Shown here in pieces: positions 20,417-28,909 of a stretch of 38,549 nt of DNA (positions are counted from its first letter, which is position 1; each line of letters starts with the position of its first letter). The notes beneath the pieces are model-generated. The model was not told the origin of the DNA and ran no database searches. It saw nothing but the letters and a program-made list of their open reading frames with translations. This stretch comes from Candidatus Aerophobota bacterium (GTDB lineage Bacteria > Aerophobota > Aerophobia > Aerophobales > JAGGXI01), in NCBI GenBank assembly GCA_034659655.1, contig JAYEHT010000251.1, positions 1 through 38,549 on the forward strand, given 5' to 3'. Made by a program: the position numbers and the translations under genes.

Positions 20417-21349
20417 ATGCTAGATGGTCTTTTATTGGTGGATAAGCCAAAAGGGATGTCTTCTTATGATGTAGTGAAGAAGATTAGAGAAACCTCAGGG
20501 ATAAAAAAAGTAGGACATACAGGCACTCTTGATCTTTCAGCAAGCGGTCTTGTTTTAATATGTATAGGTAAAGCTACTAAATTAACTCCTTTTTTGCAGG
20601 ATCTGGATAAGACTTATAGAGGTAGAATGATTTTTGGGGTTACCACTAACAGCCTGGATGAAGAAGGAGAAGTTTTAGAGGAAAAAGATGCTTCTTCCTT
20701 AAATAGAGTTGATGTAGAGAAATTATTTTCTCAGTTTAAAGGAGAGATAAGTCAGGTTCCTCCTATGTTTTCCGCCCTTCATTGGAAAGGGAATCGATTA
20801 TATAAATTAGCCAGGAAAGGGATAGAGATTAAGCTCCCTCCGCGGAAAATTCAAGTTTATAAGTTTAAATTGTTAAACTTTATTTCTAAGCACCATCCTC
20901 AGGCAGAATTTGAAGTAACATGCTCCCGGGGAACTTATATCAGAAGTTTATGTTCTGATATAGGAAAAGCTTCAGGATATGGGGCTTATCAGTCTTCTCT
21001 TCATCGAATTAAGATCGGCGCTTTTCATTTAAATAATGCTAAGAGATTAGAAGATTTAGAAAAGGAAATAAGAGAAGGAAAAGTGGAAAGAATCCTTCTT
21101 CCCTTAGCGAGTGCTTTGCCCTATTTTCCTATAGTTAAAGTAAAAAGAGGTGTGGAGAAGATAATTAGAGAGGGTAGATCCCTTTATTTAACTCACATAG
21201 ATTGTCCACCTCCTGCGCTGGAGAAGGGAGATAAGGTTCGTTTGTGCAGGGAGAATGGCCAGCTTTTGGCTATCGCTACAAGTTTACAAAATAGCAGTCA
21301 TTTTTGTAAGTATAAGATGGGTTTTAAATATCTTAGGGTGCTAATTTAA
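20417..21349 (+). CDS. truB: tRNA pseudouridine(55) synthase
   Basis: DKPKGMSS, KVGHTGTLD, QVPPMFSA, CSRGTYIRSL. Confidence 0.96.
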   Translation: MLDGLLLVDKPKGMSSYDVVKKIRETSGIKKVGHTGTLDLSASGLVLICIGKATKLTPFLQDLDKTYRGRMIFGVTTNSLDEEGEVLEEKDASSLNRVDVEKLFSQFKGEISQVPPMFSALHWKGNRLYKLARKGIEIKLPPRKIQVYKFKLLNFISKHHPQAEFEVTCSRGTYIRSLCSDIGKASGYGAYQSSLHRIKIGAFHLNNAKRLEDLEKEIREGKVERILLPLASALPYFPIVKVKRGVEKIIREGRSLYLTHIDCPPPALEKGDKVRLCRENGQLLAIATSLQNSSHFCKYKMGFKYLRVLI

Positions 21350-21402
21350 GGGGGAGCCGCGTAGAAGAGAGGGGGGAATATTTCCCCCTCAAATATCTTA
21401 AA

Positions 21403-22335
21403 ATGGAAATTAGTTATAATCTTTCTGATAATAAAAAATATAAAAATGTTGCTCTTACAGTCGGTTTTTATGATGGAGTTCATAAAGGACATCAAAGAAT
21501 TATTAAGGAACTTGTGAAAAGAGCTAAAATAATAAGAGGGGAAAGTTGTCTGGTTACCTTTAATCCTCATCCTTCAGAGCTTTTTTCTCATCAAATCTTT
21601 CCTCTTTTAACTACTCTGGAGGAGAAAAAGGAGATTTTTGCTAAATTGAATGTAGATTTAGTAGTTGTTTTTAATTTTACTTCACAATTTGCTTCTCTTT
21701 CTCCTGGCTCTTTCATAAAAAGATTAAAGGAGAATATAGATATAAAAGAGATTATTGTAGGAGAGGATTTTGTTTTCGGAAGAAAGCAAGAAGGAGATGT
21801 TCAGTGGTTAAAAAATTCGGAAGGTGTTTTTAGATACAAACTGAGAGTAATTTCTCTTTTAGGAACGGAGGAAGAGAAAATTAGCAGTTCTTTAATTCGT
21901 GAATTGCTAAGAAAAGGAGAGATAGGTAAAGTCATTCAGTATTTAGCCCATCCTCCAACTATTATAGGGAAAATAGTCAAAGGCAGGAGAAGAGGCCATC
22001 TTTTAGGTTATCCTACGGCTAACTTGGAGACCCATCCTTGCAAAATTTTGCCCTCACCAGGCGTATATGCGGGTAAGGTCATTTTGGGAGAAAAAACCTA
22101 TAAGGGCATTGTAAATGTGGGAGATAAACCTACTTTTGGAGATTCTTCTTTTGGTGTGGAGGTTCATATTATAGATTTCAGAGGGGAGATTTATGGAAAA
22201 ACAATTAAAATTGAATTGATAGATAAAATGCGGAAGATAGAAGAATTTCCTTCTCCTCTCTACTTAAGTGAGAAGTTAAAGGAGGATAGAGAAAGAGCAG
22301 AGAAGATATTGAGTGAGGTAGGGAGACAAAAATAG
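21403..22335 (+). CDS. ribF: Bifunctional riboflavin kinase/FAD synthetase
   Basis: GFYDGVHKGH, VGEDFVFG, ISSSLIR, GYPTANL, NVGDKPTF, EVHI. Confidence 0.96.
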   Translation: MEISYNLSDNKKYKNVALTVGFYDGVHKGHQRIIKELVKRAKIIRGESCLVTFNPHPSELFSHQIFPLLTTLEEKKEIFAKLNVDLVVVFNFTSQFASLSPGSFIKRLKENIDIKEIIVGEDFVFGRKQEGDVQWLKNSEGVFRYKLRVISLLGTEEEKISSSLIRELLRKGEIGKVIQYLAHPPTIIGKIVKGRRRGHLLGYPTANLETHPCKILPSPGVYAGKVILGEKTYKGIVNVGDKPTFGDSSFGVEVHIIDFRGEIYGKTIKIELIDKMRKIEEFPSPLYLSEKLKEDRERAEKILSEVGRQK

Positions 22336-22346
22336 GGAGAATCACT

Positions 22347-23141
22347 GTGAAAGAGGCAAAAGATATGGTAGAGTTAACTGAGCAAAAGATGGCGATGGGG
22401 AAAGGACTCTTTGGTAAAAAGATTTATTCGTATGCTCTGGTAAGCTCTACAATGAAAATTGCCTATTCTCTTGCTAAAAAAGGAGCGGAAGAGGGAACAG
22501 TGATAGTAGCTGAGGAACAAACTCAGGGCAGGGGGAGGGGAAATCGTTATTGGTTTTCCCCCCGAGGAGGATTCTGGTTTTCTCTTATTCTTCGACCTCA
22601 AATTACTCTCTCAGATGTTACTCAGTTAAATATTCTGGGAGCGGTAGGAATAGTAGAAGTTATAAGGAAGGATTTCTTTCTTTTATCTCCTCAAATTCGT
22701 TGGCCTAACGATGCTCTAATAAGGAGAAAGAAAGTAGGGGGAGTATTATGCATAGCAAAAAGCATAGATAAAAATGTAGACTTTGTTATTATGGGCATAG
22801 GTATTAACTTGAATATAGATGAGTTTCCTTCTCCTCTCTGTTTTACGGCGACTTCACTAAAAAGGGAGGTGGGACATTATATTCCCAGGGAGGTTTTTCT
22901 TTCCGGAATATTAAGAGAACTGGAAAAGTTATATCTTTCTTCCAGAGAGGGTTTTTCTCTTATTATAGAGAAAGCACGTCTTTTTTCTTCTTTATTGGGG
23001 AGACAGGTGAAAGTGTGCATGGGAAAAGAAGAGTTTGTAGGTTTAGCTCAAGATTTAGATGAGAAGGGGGAGCTGATTATACGCCTGGAGAACGGAACAT
23101 ACAAAAGAGTCGATTCGAGGGAGGATTTTCTTATAAGATAA
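22347..23141 (+). CDS. birA: Biotin-protein ligase without HTH (start may be the ATG about 18 nt downstream)
   Basis: AEEQTQGRGRGNR.W.SP.GG, RWPND, KKVGGVL, GIGINLN. Confidence 0.93.
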   Translation: MKEAKDMVELTEQKMAMGKGLFGKKIYSYALVSSTMKIAYSLAKKGAEEGTVIVAEEQTQGRGRGNRYWFSPRGGFWFSLILRPQITLSDVTQLNILGAVGIVEVIRKDFFLLSPQIRWPNDALIRRKKVGGVLCIAKSIDKNVDFVIMGIGINLNIDEFPSPLCFTATSLKREVGHYIPREVFLSGILRELEKLYLSSREGFSLIIEKARLFSSLLGRQVKVCMGKEEFVGLAQDLDEKGELIIRLENGTYKRVDSREDFLIR

Positions 23142-23143
23142 AA

Positions 23144-23902
23144 ATGAATTTAGTTATAGATGTGGGCAATACCTTAACTAAAACGGGAATATTTGAAAAA
23201 GAGACTCTTCTTTTAAAGGGAGAATGGATGAGCAGAACTCACAGGGAAGCTGATGAATGGGGAGTTTTGCTCTGCGGGTGGAAAAGTAAACTTAATAAAA
23301 AAGTTGAAATAAAAAAAGTGGTTATCTCATCTGTGGTTTCTCCTATATCTCTTATTCTAAAAGATACAATAAGGAAGTATTTTAATTTAGCACCTTTTGA
23401 GGTGAGGGCTGAAAATGTGAAAGTTCCTCTTCTTTGCGATAATCCTCAAGAGGTAGGTGCAGATAGAATAGCTAATGTGGTTGCTGTCACCAGGCTATAT
23501 AAGACCCCTGCCATAGTAGTAGATTTTGGAACAGCTACTGCTTTTGATGTCATCTCGGAAAGAGGAGAGTATTTAGGAGGAGTAATTGCTCCTGGAGTGG
23601 AGACTTCTATATCTAATCTCGCCGAGAAAGCAGAAGCTTTGTTTCCGGTAGAGTTTAAAAAACCGGATAGAGTTATTGGTAAGAATACTAGAGATAGCTT
23701 GATAGCGGGTGTTTTTTATCAATCTTTAGGAGGAGTGGAAAGAATATTAGAAGATATAGGTAAGGAATTGGGGAGGAAAGCTTATGTTATAGCTACAGGA
23801 GGATTGGGGGTTTTAATAGGAAAAGAGTGCAGGAGCGTAGATGAGGTAAATCCAATTCTTACCTTGCAAGGTTTAAATTTTATAGTAGATGAGCGGGGTT
23901 GA
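23144..23902 (+). CDS. coaX: Type III pantothenate kinase
   Basis: IDVGNT, VGADRI, VVDFGTAT, YLGGVIAPG, ATGG, LTLQGL. Confidence 0.96.
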   Translation: MNLVIDVGNTLTKTGIFEKETLLLKGEWMSRTHREADEWGVLLCGWKSKLNKKVEIKKVVISSVVSPISLILKDTIRKYFNLAPFEVRAENVKVPLLCDNPQEVGADRIANVVAVTRLYKTPAIVVDFGTATAFDVISERGEYLGGVIAPGVETSISNLAEKAEALFPVEFKKPDRVIGKNTRDSLIAGVFYQSLGGVERILEDIGKELGRKAYVIATGGLGVLIGKECRSVDEVNPILTLQGLNFIVDERG

Positions 23903-23927
23903 AATAGTGAATTGTGAGTACAAAAAT

Positions 23928-24004
23928 GCGCCTGTAGCTCAGGAGGATAGAGCGGCGGTTTCCTAAACCGCGTGTCGCGGGTTCAAGTCCTGCCAGGCGC
24001 ACCA
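23928..24004 (+). tRNA. tRNA-Arg(CCT)
   Basis: GCGCCTG/CAGGCGC acceptor stem, D-arm TAGCTCAGGAGGATAGAGC, anticodon arm GCGGT-TTCCTAA-ACCGC, T-loop GGTTCAAGTCC, encoded ACCA end. Confidence 0.97.
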
Positions 24005-24024
24005 GCAATCTCATTGCATCTACC

Positions 24025-24090
24025 TTGACAAAGTCAAATTTCAGGTTATACTATGTTTAGTTTTCTAAACAATTGTTTCATAAACTAAAC
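24025..24090 (+). promoter_or_regulatory. Sigma70 promoter with downstream inverted-repeat operator, orphaned
   Basis: TTGACA-16-TATACT (24025-24052), then TGTTTAGTTT...AAACTAAACA, a GAGGT RBS and ATG at 24108. Confidence 0.55.
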
Positions 24091-24260
24091 AGAGGTAGAT
24101 TTGAATTATGAGAATTCAGCAACCACTTAACAAGATTGTAATGGGGGTCAGGTCTTGCAATCACGCAATTTTATCTTTATGCTCTTTTTATAAAGTCCTA
24201 GTTATCATATTCCAGAGTTCAAAGGGTCTTGCTGGCTTACTATATTCTTTATCTGGTATT

Positions 24261-24605
24261 CTATCCCTCCAAATCCTTAATTATTCTTTCAATCAAGAGT
24301 TTAATTTCTGGTAATCGTTTTTTCACAACTTTCCACACTATTTCATAATCTACTCCAAAGTAAAAATGTATGATTTTATCCCTCGTTTTAGCTATCTGGC
24401 TCCATGGGATATCTTTATATTTTTCCCTCATGGATTTTGGTATACTTTTTGCCGCTTCACCCATCACCTCAATTTCCCTTACCACAGCGCTTTTAGTTTT
24501 TTCATCTTTCATAAATTCATCGAAATTCATCTCACCTATAAAATTCTCAATCTTAGTTATACATTCCAGAATATCTTTTATAAAAAGCTTGTAATCTCTC
24601 TTCAT
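24261..24605 (-). CDS. HepT-like (DUF86) HEPN ribonuclease toxin
   Basis: AVVREIEVMGEA, IPWSQI, RX4HXY motif RDKIIHFY. Confidence 0.92.
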   Translation of the reverse strand: MKRDYKLFIKDILECITKIENFIGEMNFDEFMKDEKTKSAVVREIEVMGEAAKSIPKSMREKYKDIPWSQIAKTRDKIIHFYFGVDYEIVWKVVKKRLPEIKLLIERIIKDLEG

Positions 24606-24895
24606 ACATCTACCGCTTCACTCAGAATTTTATCCCGTAATTCCGGCCGCAAAACTGGTTTTCTTACTAAATCTACTTTAACACCTAAAAGATTTTTAAG
24701 ATATTCCTCAATCTCAATAAACTTAAAAAGGTCTGGCACCTCATAAAAATCAACAAGTATATCTACATCGCTTCTCTTTTTCTGTTCATTTCTTACATAA
24801 GAACCAAAAATTTTTATTTCTCTGATTTTATACTTCTTCTCCATCCCTCTTTTATGTGCTGACAACACTTCTTTTATTTCCCTTAAAGTGTTCAT
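24602..24895 (-). CDS. MntA-like minimal nucleotidyltransferase antitoxin
   Basis: GSX10DXD motif FGSYVRNEQKKRSDVD, GVKVDLV; 4-bp overlap with the toxin gene. Confidence 0.92.
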   Translation of the reverse strand: MNTLREIKEVLSAHKRGMEKKYKIREIKIFGSYVRNEQKKRSDVDILVDFYEVPDLFKFIEIEEYLKNLLGVKVDLVRKPVLRPELRDKILSEAVDV

Positions 24896-25081
24896 TTTTC
24901 ATTCTCCACCAAATCCTTCGAATTATGAATGTCTAAGTGAATAATGGGGTCATCTCTTGCAATCACGCATTTTATCTTTCTGCTCTTTTTATAAAGCCCT
25001 ACTGGTTGTAAAAATAGTGAACCACTTATGCTCTGAGCTATTGCTTCATAGTGTTACCTGCATTGCAAGACCTGACCCCCC

Positions 25082-26782
25082 TCATTGAATCAGCTTTTTG
25101 GCAAAATTGATGGCTTTCTCTTTAGTGTTAATTTTTCCTGCTACTTGAGCTTGATGAATTTTATTTAAAATGTATGCAATTTGAGGACCAGCGGAAATTC
25201 CCAATAATTCCATCAACTCTTTTCCTTTAATTAGTCCGGGAGATTGTAGCAGTAAGGAAGATTTTTGAAAATATTCCTGGAGAAGGAAGATAGCAGATTT
25301 TTGAGAGGAGGAGCGCTTAAAATTTACTGTTAAAAAGAGCAACAGAGTTTCTACTGTCTCTTTTCCTGCCTCTATTAAGAACTGAGCTACTAGCAGTGGG
25401 TCTAGTTGCTCTTCTTTCATAATTTTTTCTACATCCGGGTAAACTTTTTCTATCTTTTTCATTGTTTTTATCTGTTTCTGGGTTAACTTCAACTGCTTTC
25501 CCACAGAAGATAAAGGAATTTTTTCTTCCGGGGAAAAAAGCAGAGCAATCAGTTTTAATAAACTCTTCCGACTTTTCTTACCTTGATTGTTTTTCTTTAA
25601 ATGAAGCAGGATTCTCTTTTTAATGTCTCTGGGGATTATTTTATTAGAGGAGAGTATCTCCTCCAGTCTTTTTAGGCTTTCTATATTTGGGTTTTGCTCG
25701 AGTATCTTTTTTAACAATGTTTTTGAAGAGAGATTATCCATATATTTATAAGAAAGAGGAGATTCAAGGAGAAGAAAGATTTCTTCTCTTACTCGCTCCA
25801 CAGAGATGTTTTTAATGAAGATGGATTTTTGCTGGATAAGGGAAGAGAGATTTTCTTCTATAATAAAGTTGAATTGTGCAGCTAAACGGAAAGCTCGCAA
25901 CATACGAAGGGGGTCTTCCTCTATCGACTCTTTTCTCATCAGTTTAATCTTTTTATTTATTAAATCCTCTAAGCCTGTAGAAGGGTCTATAAGGAATAAA
26001 GAAGACAATTCAAGGTGTTCTATATCCAGAGATAAAGCATTAATGGTAAAATCACGTTTGATTAGATTTGTTTGCATTTGTGCAGAGTTTTTAAGAGCAA
26101 AATCGATAGCAATCCCTGAAGGAAGAGTGATTCTCCTTAAGGTAGGCCTCAGGGTAATCAAGCTTCTTTTTATAGATTGTGCAAAGAGTTGAGCGGTTTT
26201 AAAATCGGGATCTTCTTCTATTAAATCCAGATCTTTCTTCTCTTTCCCTAAGAGGAGATTCCGAAGGCATCCCCCCACTAACCAAATTTTTTCTTTCCCT
26301 TTTATCTCAATTAGCTTTTTAAGATAGAGGTCTTTTTTCAGGGATTTTTTTAAATAAGCCCATTTTAAAGAACTGTTTGGACTTCTTTCTTTGCTGATTT
26401 TATCCAGTATTCCATTAACAAATTTTCCTGAATCAGCTGTTCCGTAACGTTTGGCTATTTCTACAGCTTCATTTATACTCACTACGGGAGGTATATCGTC
26501 GAGAAGAAGAAGCTCATAGATAGATAAACGGAGGATGTTTCGGTCTACCGTAGCCATTCTCTCGAGAGTCCAATTTTTAGCGTATTTTTTAATTAAAGAA
26601 TTAATGGGAGGAAGAAATTGATAGGTCCCTAAAACTAACTTTCGGACAAATTTTTTTATCTCTGGCTTGAATCTATAACGAGAAAAGGTGGTCTCCAGAA
26701 CTTTCTCTGCTGTAACTTTTCTTACATCCACCTCATAGAGAATCTGTAGAGCAGCTTCTCTGGCTCTGCGACGGTTTTTCAT
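25082..26782 (-). CDS. nusB: NusB fused to a class II tRNA nucleotidyltransferase (probably CC-adding type)
   Basis: aa 1-130 are NusB (RRRAREAALQILY, VDRNILRL, SINEAVEIAKRYG, FVNGILD). Then WLVGGCLRN..DLD, KRDFTINAL, DPSTGLEDL, EDPLRMLRAFRL, SVERVREE and the C-terminal G.ELMELLGI..GP. Confidence 0.88.
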   Translation of the reverse strand: MKNRRRAREAALQILYEVDVRKVTAEKVLETTFSRYRFKPEIKKFVRKLVLGTYQFLPPINSLIKKYAKNWTLERMATVDRNILRLSIYELLLLDDIPPVVSINEAVEIAKRYGTADSGKFVNGILDKISKERSPNSSLKWAYLKKSLKKDLYLKKLIEIKGKEKIWLVGGCLRNLLLGKEKKDLDLIEEDPDFKTAQLFAQSIKRSLITLRPTLRRITLPSGIAIDFALKNSAQMQTNLIKRDFTINALSLDIEHLELSSLFLIDPSTGLEDLINKKIKLMRKESIEEDPLRMLRAFRLAAQFNFIIEENLSSLIQQKSIFIKNISVERVREEIFLLLESPLSYKYMDNLSSKTLLKKILEQNPNIESLKRLEEILSSNKIIPRDIKKRILLHLKKNNQGKKSRKSLLKLIALLFSPEEKIPLSSVGKQLKLTQKQIKTMKKIEKVYPDVEKIMKEEQLDPLLVAQFLIEAGKETVETLLLFLTVNFKRSSSQKSAIFLLQEYFQKSSLLLQSPGLIKGKELMELLGISAGPQIAYILNKIHQAQVAGKINTKEKAINFAKKLIQ

Positions 26783-26867
26783 CCTTCAAGAAATCCTTCG
26801 CTACCTTATTTAATTGTCAACATTCTACATTTAAATTAGTATATTTTATATCTTTGTCAAGACTGAT

Positions 26868-26896
26868 TTGACAGTTTTTTTGAAATGTGTTATAGT
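26868..26896 (+). promoter_or_regulatory. Strong sigma70 promoter for HU
   Basis: TTGACA-17 nt-TATAGT with a TGn extended -10. Confidence 0.7.
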
Positions 26897-26985
26897 TCAA
26901 TGGTTAAGAGTTGAACTTTGTAGTCTTCTATTAAAGCCCTTTTAAGAAGATAATATTTCAAAAATCTGATAAGGAGGTGAGACAG

Positions 26986-27258
26986 GTGAATAAAGCTGAA
27001 TTAGTGGAGGAGGTATCCTCGGAGGTAGGTTTAACTAAGAAGGATGTTAATAATGTGGTGGATGCTATAACTTCGGTGATTACTAGCTCGTTGGCCCGGA
27101 AGGAAAGGGTTACCCTCGTCGGTTTTGGAACTTTCCAGATGCAGAGGAGAAAAGCAAGACAGGGGGTAAATCCTCAAACTAAAGCTAAGATGAGGATCCC
27201 AGCCAAAGATGTACCCAAATTCAAACCAGGGAAAAACTTAAGAGAAGCGGTAGGATAG
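26986..27258 (+). CDS. hup: Histone-like DNA-binding protein HU
   Basis: GTG at 26986 after AGGAGGTG gives MNKAELV; VTLVGFGTF, GVNPQT, PKFKPGKNL. Confidence 0.95.
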   Translation: MNKAELVEEVSSEVGLTKKDVNNVVDAITSVITSSLARKERVTLVGFGTFQMQRRKARQGVNPQTKAKMRIPAKDVPKFKPGKNLREAVG

Positions 27259-27270
27259 AAAAAATTGTTA

Positions 27271-27317
27271 AAAGAGGCTAAGGGGTGAGGAGCAAAAACT
27301 CCCCTTAGCTTCCTTTT
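27271..27317 (+). terminator. Putative intrinsic terminator after hup
   Basis: Stem GGCTAAGGGG / CCCCTTAGCT followed by TCCTTTT. Confidence 0.6.
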
Positions 27318-27323
27318 AGAGGG

Positions 27324-27671
27324 GTGATTGAAATGATAGATTCTTATGAATTTGGACATATTGTTATTGAGGGGAAAAGTTATACTTCAGATATTATTAT
27401 TTATCCACAAAAAATAGATGCTCATTGGTGGCGAAAAGAGGGGCATCTTCTCCTTCCTCAGGACCTGAAGGAGGTCCTGGAGGAAAAACCCGAAGTTCTT
27501 ATTATAGGTACAGGAGATTCTGGGCTAATGAAAGTTCCCCCCGAAACCCTAATGTATATTAAATCAAAGGGAATTGAAGCAAAAGTTGAACCTACAAGGT
27601 TGGCGTGTCGGCTCTACAACAAAGTTTATAGTTCCCGGAGGACAATCGCTGCTTTGCATTTAACTTGTTGA
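27324..27671 (+). CDS. Mth938-like (DUF498) protein
   Basis: IDSYEFGHI, WWRKEGH, VLIIGTGDSG, ACRLYN, C-terminal LHLTC. Confidence 0.9.
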   Translation: MIEMIDSYEFGHIVIEGKSYTSDIIIYPQKIDAHWWRKEGHLLLPQDLKEVLEEKPEVLIIGTGDSGLMKVPPETLMYIKSKGIEAKVEPTRLACRLYNKVYSSRRTIAALHLTC

Positions 27672-27691
27672 AGAAATACAAAACTTTTTTG

Positions 27692-27731
27692 TAAACCCCG
27701 TTAGATAGAGAAGCTTATCTTCCAGGGTGAA
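27692..27731. repeat. REP-like palindrome, copy 2
   Basis: TAAACCCCGTTAGATAGAGAAGCTTATCTTCCAGGGTGAA. Confidence 0.7.
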
Positions 27732-27777
27732 TTTGACTGATCGGTCTCTTATGCTATTTTAAATTGAGGAGGAGGAT

Positions 27778-28876
27778 ATGGCAGAAAAAGGCGATTTTGA
27801 GTTAACAAATTTAAAGGAAGAAATAGATAAATTAAGAGGGCATCTTTGAAGTAGATAAAATAAAAAAGGAAATTAAAAAATTAGAAAAGGGACTTTCGTT
27901 AAGTTCCTGGAAGGAAGCGGATAAAAAAATAAAGACATCCCAGGAATTACACCATCTAAAGGAAAAAGAGAAAGAATGGGATAGAGTAATGGTTTTGTAT
28001 GAAGAAATATTTACCTTAGAGCAACTTCTAAAAGAGGAGAAAGATGAGAGCCTGGAAGAGGAGAGAAAAAAGAAGCTAATCCTTTTGCAAAAAAAGATAA
28101 AGGAGTACCAGGTAAAATCTTTACTAAAAGGTAAGAACGATCAAGCTAATGCTATTTTATCAATTCATCCAGGAGCAGGAGGTACAGATTCATGTGATTG
28201 GGCAGAAATTCTTCTTCGAATGTATTCAGGGTGGGCAAATAAGAAAGGGTACAGGGTAAGAGTAGTGGAACGAATAGATGGAGAAGAAGCAGGTATAAAG
28301 ACGGCAGTGGTAGTGATTGAGGGAGAATTCGCCTACGGTTATCTTAAACAGGAGGTGGGAATCCACAGGTTAGTTCGTATCTCTCCTTTTGATGCTTCCC
28401 ATCGTCGTCATACCTCTTTTGCTGCAGTGGATGTAATTCCTGAGGTTGATGAAGTTGAAATAGAAATTAAGGAAGGCGATCTCCATATCGATACTTTTAG
28501 AGCCAGGGGACCAGGGGGTCAGCATGTCAATGTTACGGATTCTGCTGTAAGGATCACTCATTTACCTACAGGAATAATTGTGCAATGCCAGAATGAACGT
28601 TCACAGCATAAAAACAGAGCTACAGCAATGAGAATTCTTAAAGCTCGGTTATATAATTTTTATGAACTGGAGAAAGAGAAGGAGTTAAAAAAAAGGCACA
28701 AAGAGAAGACAAGAATAGAGTGGGGCAGGCAGGTGCGCTCTTATATTTTACATCCTTATACTCTGGTTAAAGACCATCGCACTAATATAGAAAAAAGTAA
28801 TGTGGAAAAAGTATTAGAGGGTGAAATTGATGCTTTTATAATTGCTTCTTTAAAAGAAAAAATCTCACTCTCTTAA
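27778..28876 (+). CDS. prfB: Peptide chain release factor 2, expressed via a programmed +1 frameshift
   Basis: GGAGG RBS and ATG 27778, 23 codons to CTT TGA (27844-27849) preceded by an internal SD AGAGGG. The +1 frame from 27848 is open into the 27989 ORF. SPF and GGQ motifs present. Confidence 0.95.
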
Positions 28877-28909
28877 AAGGAAGGTTTTTTTACAAATAAG
28901 GAGGCCGGA

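Larger units (their letters stand above)
24143..25080. mobile_element. Inverted-repeat-bounded cassette carrying a toxin-antitoxin pair
   Basis: Perfect 19-bp IRs GGGGGTCAGGTCTTGCAAT (24143-24161) / ATTGCAAGACCTGACCCCC (25062-25080). Imperfect direct repeat of about 60 bp at 24139-24200 and 24942-25001. Confidence 0.75.

Noticed and set aside
21368-21390. GAGGGGGGAA/TTCCCCCTC hairpin before ribF as an FMN riboswitch or terminator
   Set aside because: The gap is only about 50 nt, with no RFN consensus and no U-tract.
24108-24314. 68-aa plus-strand ORF as a real gene
   Set aside because: Only the first ~11 codons precede the inverted repeat; the rest reads through the repeat and into the antisense strand of the toxin gene.
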